NCBI GenBank assembly: GCA_050273025.1 | Contig: CP158635.1 | Span: forward strand, 14,012,001-14,076,000 | Direction of reading: 5' to 3' | DNA: 64,000 nt | DNA from: Cenococcum geophilum | Taxonomy: Eukaryota | Shown: one piece after another, positions 1 through 11,039 of the stretch | How the letters are laid out: every line of letters begins with the position of its first letter | How positions within the stretch are numbered: the first letter of the stretch is position 1 | Notes under the pieces: model-generated | What the model was told of the DNA's origin: nothing | The model's database searches: none | What the model saw: only the letters and a program-made list of their open reading frames with translations | Made by a program: the position numbers and the translations under genes

Positions 1-3000
1 TTTAATTTAGACGCTTTAGTTAACCTAGGAGCCGGACTAGCTATAAACTAACCTTAGGTTAAGAGAGACGCTTATAATGAACTTGTTAAAACTTATTAGG
101 CGGATTTTAAAGCTTAAAAAAGAAAGTAACTTAAGGGAGTAAACTATATTTTTATAACCTATAGCACTCGCGGATAGAACCTTATTAAAGACTATATTGA
201 AATTAAGGATATAATAGAAATCTTATACGCGGAATTTAAGCTAAAAGGAGACGCGATATACGCTAAAATATACGCTAAATGGCGAAACCTTACTCTTGTA
301 AACTGTAAGAACGTTAAAGAATATATTATTAAATTTAAGGAAATATACTTGGACCTTAAGACCTAAAACTATACTATAGACCGAATAGACCTACTCTCTA
401 AGTTTATTAATGGTCTTGGTCCTACTTTTAACGGCTAGTAAGAATTATTCTACCTTATATACTCCCTTACTAATAAGACCCTTACTCTCTTAAAAGTTTA
501 GGGCCTTGCCTATATATAAGAGCAACTTATACTCTAAAGTTAACTAGTAGCTTTCTAAGTATACATAAATTAAGCCTCTTACCACTAGCAGTATTATGAT
601 TAGTAAGGCTAATAATAATATAATAGACTGTATTGCAGGCCATATAAACGCGCTGGCCACTAGAAAGATAGATACTAGATCCTTTAACCCTATTTAAAGG
701 AGATCTGGCGAAAGGAAAACCCTAAGAAAGCCGTAGAGATGGATACGCGCTCTACTTATAGAAGGGACTTTAGAAAATAATAAAGAGCCTATTAGAGCAA
801 CTCCTTATTAGGATTTATATTATTACCTATAGCACTATTAGCAATAATAATAAATAGTAAGCCTCTTACTAAGTTAAGGCAATATATAGGAATGGCTATT
901 TAATTAACTACAGTTTAGTAACAAATAAGGTGGCTATAAAAGCTTTAACTCTATAGTAAGCTAACTAGGCTATAATTGCACCTTAATAATTATGGCCGAA
1001 ACTCCTGTATTTCCGATTATATTAGATATTCTTTACTATAAATCCATCCACTCTTATATTATCTTTTATTTGTTCCCTTTGGACTCTTTATAGCCGGTAT
1101 ACTATTCTTCTTTTATAGTCTTTTACTGCTTATATAGATTACCCTTTAACCTTTACTATTAGTATAGAAACTATTAGCCTATGTATATAACCTATAGAAG
1201 AACTTACGCTACTTTATACGTAACCTACTTCGCCAACTATACCTTATTACCTATTAGTGGCGGGTTCCCTATATTATTTATATTCTTTCTTACTCCTACG
1301 CCTCTAAGCTTACTAGACAATTTTATTTTATAGCTAAACTAAATATTAACTTTTCCTCTGTAATTATTATTAATACTAGGTATACTTAGTATATATTTCG
1401 GTTAAGAGAGCTGTTTATTACCTATTAAGATCTTTAAGCTAATAAGAAGATTATTATCTCCGGAATTAGAGAAACGTATCTTTAGTTAATAGGAAAGGGA
1501 GATATATACCTAAGACTTATAGTTCTAGGAGTTAAGAGAGAGCTTATTCTTACTAACGTCCTTTACGTCCCTAATTTATAAGCTAACCTAGTATCTAGTT
1601 TACAGCTTATCGATAATTAAGTTTATCTTTATCTATCTAACCTTAGATACGATTTTCTCTATAACTTAGAGCTTATAGCTTATATATTTTACAAGTCCAG
1701 CCTTTTCTTTCCCTATACTTAGGCCGACTATTAAGAAGGGCTTATAGCCTTTGCAGTTGGCTATTAAACCAGCTATATATTATATAGTAGCTCACAAAAC
1801 CCAGCCGAGAGGTTGTAGTACAAAAGGCTTAGTTATATTAGCCCTTAGAACTTATAAAAGCTCTAAAGAATATTAAAAGGGATAGACCTTACTTACTTAC
1901 TAGACCTTTACGACTATACCTACGAAGCCTGCCTATGTGGCAGAATATATAATATATAATATTAGGATTCTCTTATTAACTATAATACTAAGCCTTATAA
2001 AGTTATATTCTCTAATATTAAAGGACCTATAAAAGTAGCTGGCTATAATAGATTAAGATATTTTATTACTTTCTAAGATAGAGTTAATAAAATAAGTGAA
2101 GTCTACCTAATAAAGTATAAGGCTGAAGTCCCGTTCTATTTTTAATAATATTAAGCGAAGGTTAAATAATAAGGAAGTCTTATCTTACGGCTATATAGTA
2201 ATGGCGGAGAAGAATATCTTGGATATGCTTTTTAGCTAGAACTTATAAATAAGGGAATTTAGTTTTTATACTTAACCCTAGAGAGTTAATAATAAAATAG
2301 AGCCTTAGAATAACTTAATTGCACGATATATAACCGAGCCTTTACCTTTATAAATAATTACTTATTTCTTAAGAACTTCTAGCCAGAAGCAGTTAAGCAC
2401 GCTAACTTTATATAAAATATCCTCCCTATTAAATCGTTAGAAATATAGACCCCCTATAAAATAGAGTAAGGCGAAGTCTTTAATTACTCCTAGATTTGCA
2501 CCTTTAGGTATAATATCTGGTATAGGGCCGGCAGTTAGAAGAAGTTTAGCTCTTATATAGATAAAAAGGCAAAATTAGGGAACCTTATCGGCTTTAAGGG
2601 TAAATATATTATTTAAATTTAAGATAAAGAGATAGGACGGCTTGTATATACCTTAGCTATCTACTTCTAAGAGACTGTTTTAATAGTTCCTAGTAGTAAT
2701 AAGCGTTAAATTTAAGAATAATATATTAAATATAACTCCAATACTCTAGATATTAACGCTTAGTTTAAGGGAGAAGAAGCTTTACCTAATTACGCTACCT
2801 AACGCAAATAGCATTAAGAAGAGAAATAGCTTCTTAAGAAAACTTGAAAATTAAAGCGCCTTACTACTAATAAGACACCCCTACGGAAGTTAAAACGTTT
2901 AGCAGCTACTAATGGGCCTTAACTACCTCTTAAGTATCGCAATTCTGTTAATATTAGAGAAAACCCGCCTATTATAGTATTTTTAGCGCTTGCCTACTTC

Positions 3001-4789
3001 TTAACCCCTTCCTTTAAATACCTCTACGCTATACTTAGCAACTCCCCTATAGCTAAACCTTATAAGCTAAGGTTATAGAAATAATCTACCCTTAACATTA
3101 ATAATAATAAATGGTACTCCGCTAGTAAAGACGAAATTAGCTTTTATAAAGCAAATAATACCTAGATACTTATTAATTAACCTCTTAATTATAAAGTTCT
3201 TAACGCTTAATGGGTTTTTAAGTATAAGTAGGATAGTAAAGAAAGGATTATACGATATAAGGTAAGGTAGGTAGTAAAGGGTTATAAATAATAAGCTAGG
3301 GTTGACTTTAATAAGACCTTCGCGTCTGTTATAAAACCTATAAGCTATAAAGTGCTCTTTGCTATTATAGCTGTATAAGACCTTAAGATTAAATAAATAG
3401 ACGTTAAGACCGCTTTCCTTTATGGAAGCGTTAAGGAGGAGATCTACGTTAATTAACCTAAAGGTTTTAATAATAGAACTAGACGGGTTTGTTATCTAAA
3501 TAAAGCACTTTATAGTCTTAAATAGTTGCCTTAAGTTTAGTATTAAACGCTCTTAGAGTTCCTTATAGATGCTAGTTTTAAACCCCTTAACTCTAACTCT
3601 TTAGTCTTCGCTAAAGGTTCTATATATATTGTAGTCTACGTTAACGACCTCCTACTTATTAAACCAGATATTATTAATATTAAGATTATTAAAGCTTAAC
3701 TTAGCGGACGCTTTAGCATAACCAATCTAGGCCCTATTGCTTATTACCTTAGTATAAAAGTAACTTAAGATTAATAACTCCGTAAACTACGGCTTAGCCA
3801 ATTCTCTTACCTTAAAGAGGCTATTTGTAGCGCTGGTTTTTGGAACTATTCCCCTTACCTTACGCTAATGGGAACCTCTTGTCTTTAACCGGTGGCGGTA
3901 GATTATTAGGCTGACTTTGCGTTTAAGACTTAATACCAATCGCTAGTTGGCACCCTAATATATACTATACTCGGTACTTAACCTAATATCGCCTTCGCCG
4001 TCTCCCTTATTAGTTACTTTACTTTTAATTCCGATAAGTCTTATATATAAGCTGTTCTTTAAATACTTTCCTACTTACGTGGTATACTTAACCTCTAACT
4101 CGTCCTCTAAGGAGAGATATAAGCACTTTAGGGGTTTATAGACTCTAGCTAGGCAGATAACTTGGAAACTTAAAGATTAACATTAGGATTTGTGTTTAAT
4201 ATTAGAAGCGGTATAATTAGCTAGTCCTTAAAGCGCTAACCTATAGTAGTACTCTTAACCTGCGAAGTAGAGTATATAGTATAGATAGTTGCAGTAAAAG
4301 AAGCTATTTAGTTATAACAACTCCTTTAAGAACTATCTCTAACTAACAAATCCCCTTATATAACAATTATTTACGCCGATAATTAAAGTGCTATTGCTCT
4401 TACAAAAGACCCTAAGTTTTACGCTTGAACTAAGCATATTACTCTCTAATATTACTTTATTCGGGAGAAGGTTGTAGACGGAGATATTAAGCTGGAATAT
4501 ATATAAATAAGTTGACAAATGGCTGATAGTTTCACTAAGGCGCTGCCGAAAGATGTATTCTATGTATTTAGAGATGCTTTAGGTTTAGAGAGATATTAAC
4601 GTCTCTTGTGACCTTTATATTGTTACCTATATTTAGCTTAAGGGGGGCTGTTAAAGTAGGTTCTAGTTAGCGTGTATTACTTTTTATCGGGTGGAACCTC
4701 TGACACTCTTCTATATAATTGTCGCTTCCCTACCCTCTTAGATATATATGCTCAATAAAAATAATTATTAAACTATACCTATTTTAACA
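1..4789 (+). mobile_element. Ty1/Copia LTR retrotransposon, RIP-inactivated; 5' end lies before the window; 3' LTR 4649-4789
   Basis: De-RIPped motifs in Copia order: LTNVLYVPNL (~1550), WHKRLGH (~1817), CEAC (~1921), integrase SDIKGP and DGGEEY (2010-2220), RT DVKTAFL and VYVDDLL (3400-3655), RNase H through KHI, stop at 4597-4599. PPT AAGGGGGGC followed by a 141-bp TG...ACA LTR. Confidence 0.93.
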
Positions 4790-5736
4790 AAACTGTTCCC
4801 CTTACCTTACGCTAATAAGAACCTCTTGTCTTTAACTAGCGGCGGCAGATTATTAAGCTGACTCTGCGTTTAAGACTCAATACTAATCGCTAGTTGGCAC
4901 CCTAATATACGCTATACTTAGTACTTAACCTAATATCGCCTTCGCCGTCTCCCTTATTAGTTGCTTTGCTTTTAATCCCGATAAGTCTTATATATAAGCT
5001 GTTCTTTAAATACTTTCCTACTTATACAGTATACTTAACCTCTAACTTATCCTTTAAGGAGAGATATAAGCGCTTCGGGGGTTTATAGACTCTAGCTGGG
5101 TAGATAACTTGGAAACTCGAAGATTAATGTTAGGATTTGTGTTTAATATTGGAAGCGGTGCGATTAGCTGGTCCTTGAAGCGCTAACCTATAGTAGTACT
5201 TTTAACCTGCGAAGTAGAGTATATAGCACAGACAGTTGCAGCAAAAGAAGCCATTTGGTTATAATAACTCCTTTAAAAACTATCTCTGACTAACGAATCC
5301 CCTTACGTAACGATTATTTACGCTAATAATTAAGGTGCTATTGCTTTTGCAAAAGACCCTAAGTTTTACGCTTAAACTAAGCATATTGCTCTCCGACATT
5401 ACTTTATTCGGGAGAAGGTTGTGGACGGAGATATTAAGCTGGAATATATATAAATAAGTTAATAAATGGCTGATGGTTTTACTAAGGCGCTGCCGAAAGA
5501 TGCATTCTATGCATTTAGAGATGCATTAGGTTTAGAGAGATATTAACGTCTCTTGTGACCTTTATATTGTTACCTATATTTAGCTTAAGGGGGGCTATTA
5601 AAGTGGGTTTTAGTTAGCGTGTATTGCTTCTTATTGGGTAGAACCTCTGACACTCTTCTATATAATTGTCGCTTCCCTACCCTTTTAGATATGTATGCTC
5701 AATAAAAATAATCATTAAACTATACCTATTTTAACA
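4790..5736 (+). mobile_element. Second copy of the Copia 3' portion (RT end, RNase H, PPT, LTR 5596-5736)
   Basis: 947-bp near-identical copy of 3843-4789, differing mainly by transitions; both LTR ends are offset by exactly 947 bp. Confidence 0.92.
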
Positions 5737-5842
5737 GTAAGGAAGGGTAAAAAATGAGGTGGCTACCTAGGTGTATATAGGGGGTATACTTGGCAGAGGC
5801 ACGTGTAGAGGCTATTGGGAATATAGCGGGGACCCGATGCGG

Positions 5843-6436
5843 AGCTTCGTGTAGAGCCTCCGTACGCAGAGCCTCTGTACGTAGAGCTTTATGTAGAGCC
5901 TTATGTAGAGCCTCGTGCAGAGCTTTGTATAAGAGCTTCGTGCAGAGCTTCGTGCAGAGCTTCGTGCAGAGCTTCGTGCAGAGCTTCGTGCAGAGCTTCG
6001 TGCAGAGCTTCGTGTAGAACTTCGTGCAGAGCTTCGTGTAGAGCTTCGTGCAGGGCCTCGTGTAGAACTTCGTGTAGAGCCTCGTGTAGAGCTTCGTGCA
6101 GAGCCTCGTGTAGAACTTCGTGCAGAGCCTCGTGTAGAGCTTCGTGCAGAGCCTTGTGTAGAGCTTCGTGCAGAGCCTCGTGTAGAACTTCGTGCAGAGC
6201 CTCGTGTAGAGCTTCGTGCAGAGCCTCGTGTAGAGCCTCGTGTAGAACTTCGTGCAGAGCCTCGTGTAGAGCTTCGTGCAGAGCCTCGTGTAGAACTTCG
6301 TGCAGAGCCTCGTGTAGAACTTCGTGCAGAGCTTCGTGCAGAGCTTCGTGTAGAACTTCGTGCAGAGCTTCGTGTAGAGCTTCGCGCAAAGCTTCGTGCG
6401 AAACTTTGTGCAGAACTTCAAACTTTATATAGAACT
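5843..6436. repeat. 12-bp minisatellite, consensus GTGCAGAGCTTC, roughly 45-50 units
   Basis: Directly visible tandem array with variants GTGTAG, GAACTTC and GAGCCTC. Confidence 0.95.
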
Positions 6437-6439
6437 TTA

Positions 6440-6694
6440 GGAAAAAATTACTAGCATCTAATTTTACTTTTCTGCCATTTTAGCATTTTCTAGCATTTAG
6501 CAGCTAAATGCTAACACTTAATTATAAATGCGGCATTTAGCGGCTAAATGCTAGTACTTAGTAATAAATGCTGCATTTAGCTGCTAAATGCTAATACTTA
6601 ATTATAAATGCGGCATTTGGCGGCTAAATGCTAGAAAATGCTAAAAATGCTAAAATGGCAGAAAAGTAAAATCAGATGCTGGTAAATTTTTTCC
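6440..6694. mobile_element. Palindromic MITE-like element with ~55-60 bp TIRs, flanked by TA
   Basis: GGAAAAAATTACTAGCATCTAATTTTACTTTTCTGCCATTTTAGCA is the near reverse complement of TGCTAAAATGGCAGAAAAGTAAAATCAGATGCTGGTAAATTTTTTCC. The interior has ~40-bp repeats containing the palindrome GCATTTAGCNGCTAAATGC. Confidence 0.8.
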
Positions 6695-6699
6695 TAACG

Positions 6700-7200
6700 T
6701 ATTAGAATACTTTCTATATAGTCTATTAGACGCCCAACTTCTTTTTCTTTTTCTTCGTCTTATATCCCTTTATAGGCCTTAGTTAGGTTCTCTAAGGCTT
6801 TATTTAAATATTGTTCTAGAGAAAGGGACGTACTAGTCGTAGTAGGCGTTGGTTTTATTGTCTTTTTTTATAGGTTTTTAGTTTTCGTTTTTAGGAGAAG
6901 ACTAAGAATGTCCTCTTTTTTCTCCTATCCTAAATAGGCTAGGAGAAGGAGAAGGGGGAGAAAAAGTAGATATAGACTCTTTATCACTTATTTCTATAGG
7001 AGGTTTTTTTATAGACTTATAAGTCTTTGGCATTTTATATCTTATAGGGAGGTTTCCTAGTTTTTACTATCCTTATACCCTTTCTCCTTACTAATTATAC
7101 TAGAAGATTTCTGGGGAGATTAGGCTAAAAGGTAGTAGAAAAACTAGCTCCTATTTTATATTTTTGGTATTAGTGGTAGTGGTAGTAGTTTTAGTGTTCC
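6700..7200 (-). mobile_element. 5' fragment of LINE family H (ORF1 N-terminus), RIPped
   Basis: Colinear with ~35380-35770; minus frame reads KKPPIEISDKES...SPPSPSP...GEKRG. Confidence 0.7.
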
Positions 7201-7663
7201 TATCCGTGCCTCGCTTATAAGCTAGGGCCACCCTTAAATAAATTTTTTCTGTTAAGAAAAGGGGATAAAACGACAAATAAATCCACCTCTAGCTCGCTAG
7301 GCAGTAGGAATTAGGTCTTAAAAGTTGGAAAATCGATTGTTTTTAATAGTAAGATGGGTATGCGTAAGTTTTGGAGTGTGGCGCTACCTTTTAGTAAGGT
7401 TGCATGTGCGGTAAAGGTTTCGCCTACTATTTAACACTAGAAGGTTCCTTGTATACTTAACAAGTATATAAAGTAGGGATAACATACGGAACGTTAATCC
7501 CCCAATGTAAATTTTAACCCGAGTTTATAAGTAATAAGCTAATTAATTTTAGAGCTTTATTATATATACTTTAATTAATATATATAGAGATAAGGTTTTT
7601 TAGGGGGAGACCCCCTAGGACCCCCCTATATAGAGCTTTTGCTTAATTTAGAAGTAGTAGTAA

Positions 7664-7763
7664 GATTAAGGCGCCTTAGTTACTGCTAGGTAAGGATCTA
7701 CTATAGTGATTAAGGCGCCTTAGTTACTGCTAGGTAAGGATCTACTATAGTGACTAAGGCGCC
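7664..7763. repeat. 44-bp tandem repeat, ~2.3 copies
   Basis: GATTAAGGCGCCTTAGTTACTGCTAGGTAAGGATCTACTATAGT starts at 7664 and 7708, with a partial copy at 7752. Confidence 0.9.
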
Positions 7764-7962
7764 CTACTTAAGCTAGGCTTAAGGATTATATTAGTCACAA
7801 ATCTAGTATATATTTAGACTGCAGAGCTTTAATATAGAGCCCTCTATATAGGATCTGATATAGTAGGTACATATTTACGTTCCTAAATATCGTCACGTGA
7901 CGCAATTTTTGGGCGACGAAAACCGCCGTTAACGTTACTTAACTGATACCTACTAGAGGTTC

Positions 7963-8105
7963 TGTCAGACCTTACGCTACCCATACGGCGGTATGGGCTG
8001 TAGAGCTTATAAGGCATTCCAACCGGCAGCCCGTCCAGTCGCGAGACACTGCTGCTACCTTTTTGGTGGTTTGTATGGTCGAGTGGGTTGGGCTTAGGCA
8101 TAACA
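7963..8105. mobile_element. Solo LTR (143 bp)
   Basis: TGTCA...TAACA termini flanked by the 5-bp direct repeat GGTTC on both sides. Confidence 0.7.
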
Positions 8106-8439
8106 GGTTCCTCCGTCCTTCCTATCTCCTCTCTTACCCGTCTCCTCGTCCGATGCTATCTATATCGCTATATTAACTAATAGATCCCTTAGTGGGGACT
8201 AGGGAGGGGTATTAGAGCACCTCTAGCTCTTATAAGGAAGAAGAAAGAAAAAGAGAGGAAGGTATATAGGAGGGAGTATTTATAGATGGGAGGAGGCCCT
8301 ACAAGTACGTGATTTGGTAAGTACTAATAGTATAAGATTCTCGTATAAGATGGGCTTAATTGCTTACCAAAATACAGGGTATCTCTGTCACTGTAGTGGC
8401 TACTATAGTAGTAAAGACGCCTTAAATATTTAATATAAC

Positions 8440-8813
8440 CGACTACTAAGGCTGTTAATAAGTAAAAGGTAGGCTACCGATATAGTGCGAACGATGTAGT
8501 TGTTAATATTGTTTATAGCCTGTTTTTGCTTCTAGTATACGCGTAAATCGTCCTTATATTTGGCGTAGAGCTAGTTATAGGTAGTAAGCTAATTTAGGTC
8601 TAGCTTTGCTATTAATGTAGCCCTGGGTAGTATATCCCTTAGTATAGGCCAACTTAGTAGTTCTAGCTTTAGAAGATCGTCTTTCTTCTTAGATAGGTTA
8701 ATATACTGCTATACCTCGTTAGTTTTAGCTATATCTTAGATAATAAAGAACTATTAAATCCAATTAGATGGCTTGTTAAGGATAAGGTTGATTTTTAATT
8801 TAGTAGAGGTCAT
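8440..8813 (-). pseudogene. Copia-like gag N-terminal fragment, RIPped
   Basis: De-RIPped minus frame from ATG 8813 reads MTSTKLKINLILDKPSDWIQWFFIIQD..EVWQYIDP, resembling fungal Copia gag starts. Confidence 0.55.
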
Positions 8814-9567
8814 TATTTTTAAAATTTAATAGGTTAGGAAGGGTCCAGGTTAGGGTCCAGCTAGCGTCTTAATAGAACCTTATTTAGACGTTCCGAACTT
8901 TTAATTTAATTTATTAGTTTAGATTACCAAAATCCAAAATTTTATCACGGGGAGCGCGATTAATAACCCCTACTAATAGCTCTAACCACGTCTAATTTTT
9001 AATTTATAAATCGGCAGATCTATAGGTAATAGTTATTATAAGTAGCTCTAGGTGCAGTATATATAAAATATTATAAGTAGCTCTAGGTGCAGTATATATA
9101 AAATATTACAAGTTTGGTTAGTAGGCGGCTGAGGGACGATAGCTGCGCGGCGTCGAGTTATCTAGGCCCGCGCCTGCAAGACACGGTCGGCCTGTTGTCG
9201 CGAGAGCGTCATAGGTAACGCGAAGCAGCTAGATAACGGCTGTGGGGCGTGGTATACAATGGCAGCGACGGACGACTCCAGGGACCTCACCCCTTCACTA
9301 GGCTCTGACCCCTGGTGGACCTATCTTAGAGGAAGGATCAACACCTTGTCGACGACACTATCTGTATAGCCCGAAAGGACGGATACACGTGTCGGTTTAT
9401 CTAGGTAGGGGCAGGCTGTAAGGATAGGCTTATAGAGCAAATTAGGTGCACACGGGTAGGAGCTGGCTTTGTCTACTAGCTGCTGCGTTAACCGTGGCAA
9501 GGAACTGGGCAAGCAGTTTAGGCAAACTTGCTATATATAGTAGTTTTACAATGTATATGTATTCTAG

Positions 9568-10630
9568 AAAGCCGCTATAATGCAAAGGACGCAAAATAAA
9601 CGCAACTTAAATGTTATAAAGTATATTAAGACACGCCTAAGTAAACTATAGAGGGACCCTAGGGTGCCCTGTAGGAGAATAAACCAATAACTCTAAAGTA
9701 GGGAAGAGATATTAGAGAAACAGGTAAAGAAAGTAGAAGAAGAATAGTGCCGCTTTAGGGCCCAGGCCCATATAGAGGAGGAAGGGAGACGCGTAAGAGG
9801 TTAGTAAAGATAATAGTAAGATAGAGAAAGGAGCTAAAGTAGAACATATAAGAATGCCGGGAAACCATCTACCGCAATGCAATACTGGTTAGACTAACGC
9901 TGGAGAGGTAAATAGGAGTTAAAGGTACAGAGGCTGACTTAGGTAAGACAAACCTAAGCTATAGTATAGTTAACGCTATAGGGGGTAAATACCTAAGGGC
10001 TCTAAGAAGGCCTAATAAAGGCAGAAAATATAATAGCAACACTCTTAAGAACAGGAATAATAGGACTAAAAGATTGGCTTTACTGGGTAGGTGTCCTAGT
10101 AGGTAGCCCGAGATGTGAATATAGCTAGCCAAAACAGACACCAAAACACGTAATACTGCTATGCCCCCTACGCACTAATTAAGAAACAATGCTCTTAGTA
10201 GCTGGTATAGAGAACTATAATACACTGCTTTTAATATAAAAAGGCCTCAAGGCGGTTACCCAGTGGCTTATTAGTTAAAATATGCTAAATTAGTTCCGGG
10301 TTATAAGGGAAATGGTAATAAAAGGTAAGGGGGCGAGCAGTAGGTGCCCCCTAGTAACTCTACAGTAGTAGAGTAATAGTTTGTGATACTAGCGCGTCCA
10401 TAGGCTTATTACGGCAGCAGTAGTTCCTAAGGAGGTTAAATAGTAAGGTAGTAGAGCACTATAGGCGACTCGTAGGCGTTAAGTAGGCGAGTCCTAAAAG
10501 GCGGGGAGATGGATCACGGGGTTTTCTCATTTTTCTTAAATAGAGTTTTCTCCCTATATGTAAATAAGGAGTAGTCCGCGTAGGCCTAATAGGGATCCGA
10601 ATTGGACGTTAAGCAATGAATTATTATTAT
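9568..10630 (+). mobile_element. 5'-truncated copy of Tad1-like LINE family L (3' end)
   Basis: Colinear with ~58467-59526; ends GGACGTTAAGCAATGAATTATTATTAT. Confidence 0.9.
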
Positions 10631-11039
10631 TATATATAAAATATTAACTGTAGTATAAAGAAGTTATAGCTGCTAATATACGGTCCTAAGTATTCTTAGA
10701 GGTTATATAACTTCTTATATAAGCGACATTTCCGCCCTTTAAGAAATTTCAAAAATTTCAAAAATCAATTAACGCTATAGACAGCAGCAATATTAATCCG
10801 GCAATACTGCTAATTCTCCCTATATACCATTGTATATATATCTAATAGCTCCAGAAGCGGTAAGAAGGTAAAACGGATAGGGGGGTTAAAATTTAGAAAA
10901 TTGGATTTTGTGGTTAAGCTGTTTAAAAGTTAGGAAACCAAGACAAATGCCGTATTCTCCGCTTACCTCTAAGCCAGTATATAATTTCCTAATTAGGAAA
11001 AGTCATTTATAAGTAGTTACTGCTGCCTCTGTACAAAAT

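Noticed and set aside
5726..6432. Long repetitive ORFs (LCTK/EALH/CRAS repeats), and the EALL ORF at 19683-20060
   Set aside because: They are translations of 12-bp minisatellites open in several frames; there is no evidence of real genes.
5843..6436. CRISPR-like array
   Set aside because: Contiguous tandem units without unique spacers, eukaryotic context and no cas genes.
7602..7628. GGGGGAGACCCCC hairpin as a Helitron or other element terminus
   Set aside because: No matching other end, TSD or second copy found in the window.
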